64,000 bases of DNA from Macrostomum hystrix (Eukaryota; Animalia; Platyhelminthes): the NCBI GenBank assembly GCA_950097015.1, contig CATNEN010000029.1, positions 1,736,001-1,800,000 on the forward strand, given 5' to 3'. Shown here in pieces: positions 1 through 9,297 of this stretch (within the stretch, counting starts at the first letter, position 1; each line of letters opens with the position of its first letter). A program made the translations under genes and the position numbers. The notes beneath the pieces were generated by a model that did no database searches, was not told the origin of the DNA, and was given only the letters and a program-made list of their open reading frames with translations.

Positions 1-405
1 AGACACTGGAACCATGAGATACTGCAACCATGAAACACTGGAACCATGAAACACTGGAACCATGAGGCACTGGAACCATTAGACACTGGAACCATGAGAC
101 ACTGGAAACATGAGATACTGGAACCATGAGACACTGTAACCATTAGACACTGGAACCATGAGACACTGTAACCATTAGACACTGGAACCATGAGACACTG
201 TAACCATTAGAACTGGAACCATGAGACACTGTAACCATTAGACACTGGAGAGATCAGAGACGGGAGTGCTGTGATTGGAGAGTACATTCGAGAGATGAGA
301 CATGGGATTAAGAGGCAAGCAAGAAATCAGATAGGGTAGAGAATGTGTTGAAAGGAGCTCCGAGGGCCGCATCTGGTCCAGTTGCCAGAGATTTGACAAC
401 CCATG
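1..405 (+). mobile_element. Right part of a degenerate hAT (Charlie/SPIN-like) MITE containing a 16-bp minisatellite (AGACACTGGAACCATG, 1-248)
   Basis: GAGCTCCGAGGGCCGCATCTGGTCC at ~355-380 is nearly identical to the right end of the intact MITE at 32638-33408; a decayed TIR (GATTTGACAACCCATG) ends at ~405. Confidence 0.7.
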
Positions 406-444
406 TCTAATGGTGCCCCAAAAAGAGCAAAGCAGCCCTCGCAC

Positions 445-1202
445 CTTCTGAGATTGCCGGCCAAGGCGCTGTCGGCTTCAGGCACACCCAGCTGCAGGCC
501 AATCCGATGCCAGTGCCGGGCATAGGCAGCCAATTGCGGGCTGTCCGGGCCCTCATTGTCAATGCAGCGAATGCCAAAGAGGCGTCTGTGCAGCAAGGCG
601 TAAGCAACAAATGCAGTCTGCACTGTGCGCATATCATCTGTGTTAAACACTGGGACGCCAACCACTGAGTTAGCCGCGTGAGTGTGCGCTCGACGAACAG
701 CAATACTGGACTGGCCAGCCTGACAGGCGGCGTTTGCCGGATCTCCCAAATGCCAGGCGATCACGTGACGTGCGGTGGAAACGTAGCGACGCAGCGCTTT
801 AATTGGCTGATCGGATCGGCCCGTTGCTGCCAGAACAGAAGACAGCGGAGCGAGCGATAAGCCAGTCATGAGGGAGAACAGTAGAGCGGCCATGCAGGAG
901 GCAAAGTTATCCGCCAGTAAGTGAGTCGCTGCGCGTTGGTCGGCCTCAGATAGTTGACTTAGCTCTGGGATTTTAGTAGGCTTGCCGTCTTCCGTCGAAG
1001 TGCTGAGTTGCCGAGCTTCATCAAATGGATTCTTATGGACATTATTACCTTCTGCTGAAGTGCTAGGTTGCCGAGCTTCATCAAATGGATTATCATGGAC
1101 ATTATTACCTTCCGTTGAAGTGCTACGTTGCCGAGCTTCATCAAAGGGATTCTCATGGACATTGTTGCCTTCCGTTGAAGTACTCTGTTGTCGAGGAAAC
1201 AT
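445..1202 (-). CDS. First coding exon of an MPAB/Lcp (DUF2236, ER-bound/rubber oxygenase catalytic domain) family protein; the gene continues left of the window
   Basis: aaaATG at 1202. Motifs TGRS..KALRRYVSTARHVIAWH, VRRAH, DDMRTVQTAF and HWHRIGLQLGV follow the pattern I recognise from animal DUF2236 proteins. Donor AAG|GTGCGA at 445/444. Confidence 0.75.
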
Positions 1203-1455
1203 TTTATATTAAGCGAAAGACATTTTTTTTAATACCGAGTAACAGCAATTTTGTTAATGCTTTTTAACGTTTTATTTCAATCGCAGTAGCGTCAATGATG
1301 CGGAAGAGCGAATGCACGTTTAACTGAAAAGCAGACGAGAAAACTTTATTATTATATTATTCCACATCACTAGCAAATGAGGATTTAAATTATGATCTAC
1401 TATTATTATGATTTTTTACTAGCCTATAAGCGAAGATGCAAAACGGAAGCTATAA

Positions 1456-1597
1456 CAATGTTCGCGAATCACGGGGTGAGCTAGCAGATATGCGCACGCT
1501 AGATCACACGTTAAATACGCGGAGATTATTCTACCTGCCATTTTCTCTGTCAATCACTTTATTTATAATTACAGTGTGACAGCAAGTGGGCAGGTGG
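1456..1597 (-). ncRNA. Box H/ACA snoRNA, diverged paralog (copy C)
   Basis: Hairpin CCTGCC/GGCAGG + CTGTCA/TGACAG; H box AGAATA (1527-1532); hairpin CGCG + GTGA.CTAGC/GCTAG.TCAC; ACA at 1459-1461. Both boxes lie 14-15 nt from the pocket tops, and pocket sequences are identical to copies A and B. Confidence 0.8.
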
Positions 1598-2764
1598 TTA
1601 TTCTATCGACCCCACACTCTAATTATAAGTACAAGATCAAACCAAATGTAACAGAAACCGATAAAAACGTATCCTTTTCATTGGAAAATGACTTCTAATT
1701 AATTTTTGAGCAGAAGATCCGAAAAATGCTTTTTTACTAATAAACCAACCTTTTTTGCTTACAAAACAACAAACAGGAAATAATGAAACACTTTACTTAG
1801 CAACTAAATCTTAAAAGTTTTAAGTTTATCGTGCTTGCAGTGTTTTTCAGAGAAACTTTCAGCTACGTGTATTTAGGATTAGCAAAATAAATATTAGTCA
1901 AGCCGGATGTACATGAACTATTGCGGAAATGAAGCTAACGCTCTATAGGTATCGAGTCTTAGCAGTATAAACAACAAAAAGCGAATTGCAATTTCAACGA
2001 CTAATCATACACAGTACAGAACCTACTATCTCCATAAGTGGAATGACCCTAATCATAAAGTGAATTAAAAATAAAGATAAAAATACAACTAATAGAAAAA
2101 TCTGTCAGCTAAAATGAACAGATAAAACAATACAAAAATTCCAGCTATCAAATGTTGAGTTCAAAGAATGTGTGCGACTTAATTGATTGGTTTCAATCAA
2201 CGTCACACAGAGTAGCACTAGTGTAGCAACGAGATAGTAAGTTAAATTCATCTTTAATTCATTTAAACGAAAGAGAGACAAAAAACTGACAAAGAAAGAA
2301 GTAAACAACGAAGCAGGGGTAGGTGAAAGCAAACATGTACAAGCTGGTATGTAGTAAATAATATGCAGAGGACACAACAACGCGTTATATATTGCCTCAT
2401 CGGGAGAGTCATTTTAGGTTTGTTAGAGATGATAAAAAGTCTGTAAACTAAAGAACAAACATGCTTTAAACTGTAAAGCAACAAACTAGCAAATAAGCGG
2501 TTATAAAGCAGATAGTTAAAAACAAGAACAATATGCGGCAGGCAAAATAACAAATTAGAAATGATAATTAAATCAGACCATTGGCAAAATGACTTGGCAG
2601 AGGTATCAGTATTTAATAACTACAAGCTAATAACAGGGTTAAGATTCTACAGAAAACTCTAAATAAGGAAATGATTGTCCAAGAAGCCTGCGGACTTTCT
2701 ACTTCAGTTAGAAATAAGAATGATGTCAACTGATTGATAATACAATTACGTTTTATATTTCTAT

Positions 2765-5700
2765 CTATCTTTTTCTGCGAGTAGACTTCTGAAATTTCCG
2801 CTGCGGATTAAATATATTTTCGCCGGCCTGTGGTTGAAGCAGTGGCTGTTGTGTGGTGAATGAAAAAGTAGGAATCGTCTGCTGTGGCTGCGGCTGACCA
2901 GTGAATGCAAAGCTGGGAGCCGCCGGCGGTTGTAACTGTGCCGGCGGCTGAGCTGGCATGCCAAAGCTAGGCGCAGATGGCTGCTGCGTTTGCTGGTGAG
3001 TGGAAAAGCTAAAGCTTGGCATTGCCTGTTGCTTACTTAAAAAGCCAAAGCTTGGCGCACCCGGTGTCTGTTGAGTTGACAGGCCAAAGCTTGGTGCACC
3101 TGATGTCTGTTGGGTTGACAGGCCAAAGCTTGGTGCACCCGATGTCTTTTGGGTTGACAGGCCAAAGCTTGGTGCACCCGATGTCTGTTGGGTTGACAGG
3201 CCAAAGCTTGGCGCACCCGGTGTCTGTTGAGTTGACAGGCCAAAGCTTGGTGCACCCGATGTCTGTTGGGTTGACAGGCCAAAGCTTGGTGCACCCGATG
3301 TCTGTTGGGTTGACAGGCCAAAGCTTGGTGCACCCGATGTCTGTTGGGTTGACAGGCCAAAGCTTGGTGCACCCGATGTCTGTTGGGTTGACAGGCCAAA
3401 GCTTGGTGCACCCGATGTCTGTTGGGTCGACAGGCCAAAGCTTGGTGCACCCGATGTCTGTTGGGTTGACAGGCCAAAGCTTGGTGCACCCAGAGTCTGT
3501 TGGGTTGACAGGCCAAAGCTTGGTGGACCCAGAGTCTGTTGGGTTGACAGGCCAAAGCTTGGTGCACCCAGAGTCTGTTGGGTTGACAGGCCAAAGCTTG
3601 GCACACCAGATGGCTGAGGCTTCTGTTGGTTTGCAAGGCCAAAGTTTGGCCCAGCAGATGGTTGAGACTGCTGTTGGTTTGACAGGCCAAAGCTTGGCCC
3701 AGCAGATGAGTGAGACTGCTGCTGTTGCTGGTTAAAAGCAAAGTTAATGCCTGAAAGAGATTGCGGTTGTTGGTCTAAGAAAGACGAACCAGCAGCCGAA
3801 GAAGTTTGCTGCGGACGGTTTTCAGACGAACCGGTAGAAAAGAGACTTGTTGGAGCAGTCGTTTGCTGCTGCTGACCTGAAAAAGAGAAACTGGTTGTTG
3901 CTGCTGCTTTAGCGCCCAATGAGACAAGAGAGCCTGGTGCGGATGGCACTTTACTGTCTGAGTTCAACAGCTGCGACTGCTGCTGCACCTGTTGGCCAAC
4001 ACGGCTAAAAAGAGAGCCGGAGCCGGCTGAAGCGGAACTTTTCTCTGAAGTTTGAACCATAGGCATGAAAGAGAAGGCAGCAGCAGTCTTCTGTTGCTGG
4101 GCTGGCTGTTGATTTTGCTGTTGCGAGCTCTGTTTGGATTGCGATTGTGTCTGACCGGAGCTAAAACTAAAAAGACCAAAACCACCTGATGAGGACGCTG
4201 ATGCAGTGGAAGCTACGTTTGTTTGAGACGGTGTTATGTTAGCGACAGTCGATACTACCGGTGCTTGAGTGAGACCGGAGCCGAATGGCTGATTAACAGT
4301 GGATGAAGTAGTCGCAGCGGAAGACGAGGGAACTGATTGCGTTGTAGCCGTGTGAGCCGCCGTAGTCTGTTTAAACAAGGTAGCACCAAAGAGCACAGCC
4401 CCGGCTGGGGTTCCGCTGGCGGAGGTGACATGTGGAGCGTCAGACTGGTTGAACAGGCTCCCACCACTGGCTGGCGTAGAGCTAGTTGACGAGATAGTCG
4501 GGCCGCCACCAAAGCCACCAAATGTAAACGATGATTTACTTCCGGAGATTGCTGATTCGGGCACGGAAGGTGCAGCAGAGGCGGCAGTCGTTGTTGCTGC
4601 TAATAAAGAGGGTTCAGTAACCATCGTACCAGCTTTGAAGTTAAACAGGGAAGCTACAGTGGCGGGTGTTTGACTAGTCAGATCAGGCGGTGGTGTTGGT
4701 TTTTCACTATGAGAGCCGCTATTGGCAGTGGCAGCGGTGGCGCCCACGCCGGAGGAGTTGTTGCCGACGCCTTGAAATTTGAAACCACCAAGATTTGTCT
4801 CACTGGTACTGGCTGCCGACTGGAACAGCGACGGCAAATGAGGGCTTCCTGACTGCGCAGTTGTGGTTGTACTAACGGCACTAGCCGAGGAAGCAGTTAC
4901 CATGCTAGCTGAGGCACTAACAGAGAGCGATGAGGCGCTCGTCACTGAGCTAGGCGGCTGGATGCTTGGGAAAGCTGAGAAACCAGCCAGAGAGGAGCCA
5001 ATAGTTTGCGGTGGCTGCGTCAATTTCGCCTGACCACTAGTAGTAAAATAATTTGCCGACTTTTCAATGGCAGCAGATGACTGAGTGAAAGAGGGCAATG
5101 AAAATGCTGGACCATCTTTTGCTAGGTTTGATAGGCCGTCTGCGAAAGACTTTGCTGCCTGGCTGAGTGTTGTGGGCACGGGGATTTGCTTAACGGGAGC
5201 GGCCGATGCAGTCGAAGATGCAGGTTTGGACACAGGTGAATTCAATAAAGTTTGGCCAAAAAATGAAGGAAGTGGAGCAGCTGCAGCATTTGAAGAAGGC
5301 CCTGTTTTAGTGGTCGCCGTAGGGGCTGCTAGCGACTGCAAGCTCACAGACGGCGTTGATTGCCCAGTAGGCAGAGAAGCTGATACTGGTGCTGTTGTCG
5401 GCTGGTTGGTGGCAGGTTTCGGAGGAGTTGCTGTTGACACGGAACTGCCCGTTGTTAAAGCGGCCGCTGGAGGCTGCTGGAGAAGCGAAATTAGCGGCGC
5501 GGTGGAAGCAGCCGAGCCTATTTTAGGTGTTGAGAGGGCAGGCGCTGGAGCCAGTGCAGTCGAGGAAGCGGCGCAGGTGGAGACAGAGGCTGTCTGTGCT
5601 ATGTTGCTCAGCAGTCGCCTGATGCGATCGCGTCGAGTCTCTCGGACCTGGCGCTCGCGTTGGCGCGCCTGCCGCTGAGCCACAAGACGGGACGTAGGGC

Positions 5701-6931
5701 TCTCTGCCTGGGCTGTTGCCATGCCAGTCAGAGACGTGTCATTTAGCAGGCGCCTGTACTGCTGCTGCCTCTCAGAGCGTTCTAGACTGGCTACTAGGGC
5801 TGTGACGGTCATTCTGGGCCGCTGCGGCGACTGACGGGGCGAAGTTAATGAACGTGACGCCGAAGGCGGTCTTACCACCGAATGATTTTGTAATGGGGTA
5901 GGCGACGAAGAAAGTGACATTACCGATGGGCCTTCGTTAAGCGCATTCACAGAGGCAATATGGTTATTAGCGGCTTCGCTTGGTATTGACGCAGCTGGCT
6001 GAGATTGCGACACGGAAATGTCAGTTTGGCAGGACTCGGATCGGCTGCTAACGCGAATTGCACCTGCGTTGCTTAAGATGGACGACACAGGCAGCAGGCC
6101 GGCAGAAGGCGAAATTGACATAAGGCTTGGCGATTGCTGCTCCACAGGTGTCACTATCGCCAATGGCATTGCCAGCTGATGACGCGGTGTAGGAGGACCT
6201 GTCTTAGCGTTGTCAGGCAGTACCTCGCTCAGCGACGTCGCTTTAAATGTTTCATCGCTAAACCGACGCCGCTTAGAATCTCGACGACGCTTGTGATTTT
6301 TTAGGTGATCTGGAGTCGGCGGATCCGACGACGCAGCCACTCCGCTGTCTACACCAGCAGACTCATTGTCGCTACAGTCAAGATCGACATCGGCGTCGTC
6401 GCTGAGCAGTTCGCCGGCATTAGCTGTGACGGCTTCGGCAGTTGATTCGGCCGGAGTCGTCGCGGAAGAAGGCGACGAAGAAGTCATTTGTGAGGCGCTA
6501 CGCTTGCGCGATTCGAGGATGCGCAGGCCGCGCAAGACGCTTTCGCGTTCGTCTAAATCGCGCGCTAAAGCGAAATTGGCGCCAGTAAACGCGGAGGCAC
6601 CGCTGCTACTGGCGCTAGAAGGCAAAAGTTGGCGACGGCGGTGGTCAAACGTGCCGGGCGCCTGTCGGACAGTCAGTACTGATGATGCAAGCGGGGGTGG
6701 CGGCGGCGGTGGTGGCAGAAGCCTCCGTTGCTGAAGCTCGTCGTTATAATTATTATTGGACATTGGACTGCCGACGGGCGCTGGTGGAACGAGTAAGCGT
6801 ACGCCGCTGCCGCCATTGGAACTGGTAGGTATCCCCGGCACACCGGGAGATGCCCCGGCCAATGCTGCAGCGGCAGCCGCATCGGCTGACCGCTTCGAGA
6901 AGCTGTAGTAGCCTTTAGCGTGACGGCGCAG
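2765..6931 (-). CDS. POM121/Nup153-like FG-repeat nucleoporin, one large exon
   Basis: Open frame from the acceptor at 6932 to TAG at 2765. Ser/Thr/Gln-rich with many FG/FSF/SFG motifs; basic NLS-like segments (RKRS, KRRRDSKRRRF); basic C-terminus RKFQKSTRRKR. No RanBP2 zinc fingers and no TM helix are visible. Confidence 0.8.
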   Translation of the reverse strand: MRRHAKGYYSFSKRSADAAAAAALAGASPGVPGIPTSSNGGSGVRLLVPPAPVGSPMSNNNYNDELQQRRLLPPPPPPPPLASSVLTVRQAPGTFDHRRRQLLPSSASSSGASAFTGANFALARDLDERESVLRGLRILESRKRSASQMTSSSPSSATTPAESTAEAVTANAGELLSDDADVDLDCSDNESAGVDSGVAASSDPPTPDHLKNHKRRRDSKRRRFSDETFKATSLSEVLPDNAKTGPPTPRHQLAMPLAIVTPVEQQSPSLMSISPSAGLLPVSSILSNAGAIRVSSRSESCQTDISVSQSQPAASIPSEAANNHIASVNALNEGPSVMSLSSSPTPLQNHSVVRPPSASRSLTSPRQSPQRPRMTVTALVASLERSERQQQYRRLLNDTSLTGMATAQAESPTSRLVAQRQARQRERQVRETRRDRIRRLLSNIAQTASVSTCAASSTALAPAPALSTPKIGSAASTAPLISLLQQPPAAALTTGSSVSTATPPKPATNQPTTAPVSASLPTGQSTPSVSLQSLAAPTATTKTGPSSNAAAAPLPSFFGQTLLNSPVSKPASSTASAAPVKQIPVPTTLSQAAKSFADGLSNLAKDGPAFSLPSFTQSSAAIEKSANYFTTSGQAKLTQPPQTIGSSLAGFSAFPSIQPPSSVTSASSLSVSASASMVTASSASAVSTTTTAQSGSPHLPSLFQSAASTSETNLGGFKFQGVGNNSSGVGATAATANSGSHSEKPTPPPDLTSQTPATVASLFNFKAGTMVTEPSLLAATTTAASAAPSVPESAISGSKSSFTFGGFGGGPTISSTSSTPASGGSLFNQSDAPHVTSASGTPAGAVLFGATLFKQTTAAHTATTQSVPSSSAATTSSTVNQPFGSGLTQAPVVSTVANITPSQTNVASTASASSSGGFGLFSFSSGQTQSQSKQSSQQQNQQPAQQQKTAAAFSFMPMVQTSEKSSASAGSGSLFSRVGQQVQQQSQLLNSDSKVPSAPGSLVSLGAKAAATTSFSFSGQQQQTTAPTSLFSTGSSENRPQQTSSAAGSSFLDQQPQSLSGINFAFNQQQQQSHSSAGPSFGLSNQQQSQPSAGPNFGLANQQKPQPSGVPSFGLSTQQTLGAPSFGLSTQQTLGPPSFGLSTQQTLGAPSFGLSTQQTSGAPSFGLSTQQTSGAPSFGLSTQQTSGAPSFGLSTQQTSGAPSFGLSTQQTSGAPSFGLSTQQTSGAPSFGLSTQQTPGAPSFGLSTQQTSGAPSFGLSTQKTSGAPSFGLSTQQTSGAPSFGLSTQQTPGAPSFGFLSKQQAMPSFSFSTHQQTQQPSAPSFGMPAQPPAQLQPPAAPSFAFTGQPQPQQTIPTFSFTTQQPLLQPQAGENIFNPQRKFQKSTRRKR
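3040..3700 (-). repeat. Coding 39-bp tandem repeat (PSFGLSTQQTSGA, ~14-17 units) forming the FG domain
   Basis: Unit GACAGGCCAAAGCTTGGTGCACCCGATGTCTGTTGGGTT on the + strand. Confidence 0.95.
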
Positions 6932-7157
6932 CTGAAATTAATAAAAAAAGTTTTTAAGTAGGCGAGAGGAATTTTTCTCCAGATCCGAACACAGACTGAA
7001 TGCAACAACTATAAGGCTAAAAAAAGACAAAAGACAACGAAAGGGGCACATGATCCACAGATGTGCACCGCAGTTTCAATCCAATGCCCTAGTTGTTAAG
7101 AACAAACAGGCAACAGGCAAAGTGGCAATGAAGACTAGCCACTATTCCTGGTCAAAA

Positions 7158-7163
7158 TTTATT
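7158..7163 (-). terminator. Likely RPS3 polyadenylation signal AATAAA
   Basis: TTTATT on the + strand, ~125 nt downstream of the RPS3 stop, followed by U/GU-rich sequence. Confidence 0.6.
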
Positions 7164-7288
7164 TTATCTCATGCCTTCTCGACGCTTTTAATGCACGCGC
7201 ATCTGCTTACGCCAGAACTGGCAACTAAACAAAAGCGATTCAATGTTCGCGTCGCATCCCAATCCGAATAGTTAGAATATGATCAAAT

Positions 7289-8411
7289 CTAGGCCGGCGC
7301 CGTGATTTCAGCCTGCGGCTTCTGCTGCTTATTCTCCGAATATGGCTGCGCCGGCACCGTCTGCTCCTTAGGATCGGCGATGGTCACGTGATCGGGTAGC
7401 GGCTTCCTCGAGGGGCCACCACCGGCGGGGGCCTCCCAGTTCTGCATGATCTTCACCTGGATGCCGAGCACGCCCTGACGCAGCTGGACGTGTCGCACGG
7501 CCCGATCGATAAAGCGAATCGACGGCTCACCGCTGTGGATCATGAAGCCTTCGGTGAACTTCATCGATTTGGCGCGCTGGCCACGCAGCTTGCCGCTGAC
7601 GATGACTTCGGCGCCCTTGGCGCCAGACTCGATGATGAATCGCAAGACGCCGTAGCAGGCGCGACGGACAGCGAGGCCACCGAGCAGCTTGTAGCGCAGA
7701 GACTCGGCCTGGAAGGTGGCGCGTTCGAAAAAAATTTTAGATAGCGGCTGAATAGGATTACAGGATGATTAACAGCTGATTACGGGATGATTAACAGATG
7801 ATTACAGGATGAAAAATAGCTGATAACAGGATGACTGACAACTGATTACAGGATGACTGACAACTGATTACAGGATGACAAATAGCTGATTAAAGGATGA
7901 CTGACAACTGATTACAGGATTACTGATAGCTGATTACAAGATGACTGACAGCTGATTACAGGACGAACGATAACTGACTTCAGAATGGAATAGAGTAAGA
8001 GAGTTCTCTGTTTATTACAGGATGGAAGGGCAAGTGAGAGAGCTCTGTCAAAGTGAAAAAACCACTTAAAAGCAATGCGAAAAATTTTTACCGACTTACC
8101 TGAGCAACGGCGGACAGTCCGCGATTGGCCATCTTCTCAGCGTAGATCTCAATCTGGCCATCCTCGAAGCCGAATCGTTTTTGAAGCACGGCGGTGAGCT
8201 CGCGCACCTTGCGGCCCTTCTCGCCAAGCACACTCTGCGTGCGGGTGGCCAGCACAATCACCTCGATCTTGGCCGGGGTGACGCGCAGCTCGATGCCAGA
8301 GTAGCCATCTTCGGCCAGTTCGCGCTTGAGGAATTCGTCTAGCTCGGCGCGGAAGACGCCATTCGCTACAAATGCGCGCTTCTTGCTAGTTACAGCATTT
8401 TTAGTTGCCAT
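7289..8411 (-). CDS. RPS3: 40S ribosomal protein S3 (uS3), 243 aa; exons 8411-8100 and 7708-7289
   Basis: [31 protein letters not shown]...RGLSAVAQ|[24 protein letters not shown]; canonical GT-AG phase-0 intron 8099-7709. Confidence 0.98.
7756..7978. repeat. ~22-23 bp minisatellite in the RPS3 intron
   Basis: GCTGATTACAGGATGACTGACAA units, ~10 copies. Confidence 0.85.
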
Positions 8412-8485
8412 GGTGCTACTGGTGCGGCTGCGGAATTAGAAGCGAAATTGAGAAATATTGAGTCATCTTACTACTACAACATTAA

Positions 8486-8647
8486 AACTGTCTGTGTGTC
8501 ACGGGGTGAAATCAGGATAGGAGCAAAGTTTATTTGAACACTGATTCACACGTTAAACACACTATACAGATGCTCTACCTGTTAAAATCTCTGAAATCAG
8601 CTCTGCAAGCTGTAATATGCTTAGCTGGTTCAGCAAGTGAACAGGCA
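8486..8647 (-). ncRNA. Box H/ACA snoRNA (copy A)
   Basis: Hairpin 1 CCTGTT/AACAGG + CTGAA/TTCAG; H box AGAGCA (8571-8576); hairpin 2 GTGTGT/ACACAC + GTGAATCAG/CTGATTTCAC; ACA at 8489-8491; 14-15 nt pocket-to-box spacing. Confidence 0.8.
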
Positions 8648-8713
8648 TCTAAATCATAAAATATAAATATTAAACTTGATTGATAGGCTAGAAGCAGCTC
8701 TTTTGTCAGTTGC

Positions 8714-8875
8714 TTTTGTCTGTGTGTCACGGGGTGAAATCAGGATAAGAGCAAACTTAATTTGAACACTGATTCACACGTTAAACACACAGTACAGATG
8801 CTCTACCTGTTAAAATCTCTGAAATCAGCTCTATAAGCTATAATATGCTTAGCTGGTTCAGCAAGTGAACAGGCA
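8714..8875 (-). ncRNA. Box H/ACA snoRNA (copy B, tandem duplicate of A)
   Basis: Nearly identical to copy A, with differences only in the apical regions and hinge; H box 8799-8804, ACA 8717-8719. Confidence 0.8.
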
Positions 8876-8934
8876 TCTAAATTATAAATAAGTAAAACAC
8901 TAAATACAACAGAAAAATATAATCTAATGGGCAT

Positions 8935-9297
8935 TATAATAATAATAATTGCAGGAGAACTGCGGGCAGTGGTACATCATTTAGTTACACTTGACCTGCA
9001 GCCAGTGAGGAGGCAATTCTGCCCATTTTGCCAACTCCTGAGCACACAAGCACACAGATACTCTACGCAGGCATAAGCTCACACAGGTGTGTACATCTGC
9101 CCTGACTTTCTCATTGTCAGGCAGTGTACATTTCACTGTGCCTTGGAGGTTGGCCCTCAAGGGCGTAAATTGCATGACAAGCCCCCAAGCCTTCTCTCCG
9201 CGGCTGGACCCTAAATAAATGTGGCCTCACTGTGGAATCAAACTTAGTGACCATGGTGCGAGAGGCAAACACAATAACCGCTCTGCCACTGACCCTC
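8935..9297 (-). mobile_element. tRNA-derived SINE, family 1
   Basis: Reverse complement aligns with 18647-18955 (A box TGGCAGAGCGG, degenerate B box, internal CCTGAC/GTCAGG hairpin); (ATT)n tail. Confidence 0.75.

Noticed and set aside
6366-6734. Antisense ORFs overlapping GC-rich exons (also 5085-5678, 37987-38586, 50027-50686, 63284-63696)
   Set aside because: Expected shadows of GC-rich coding sequence, with no independent motifs.
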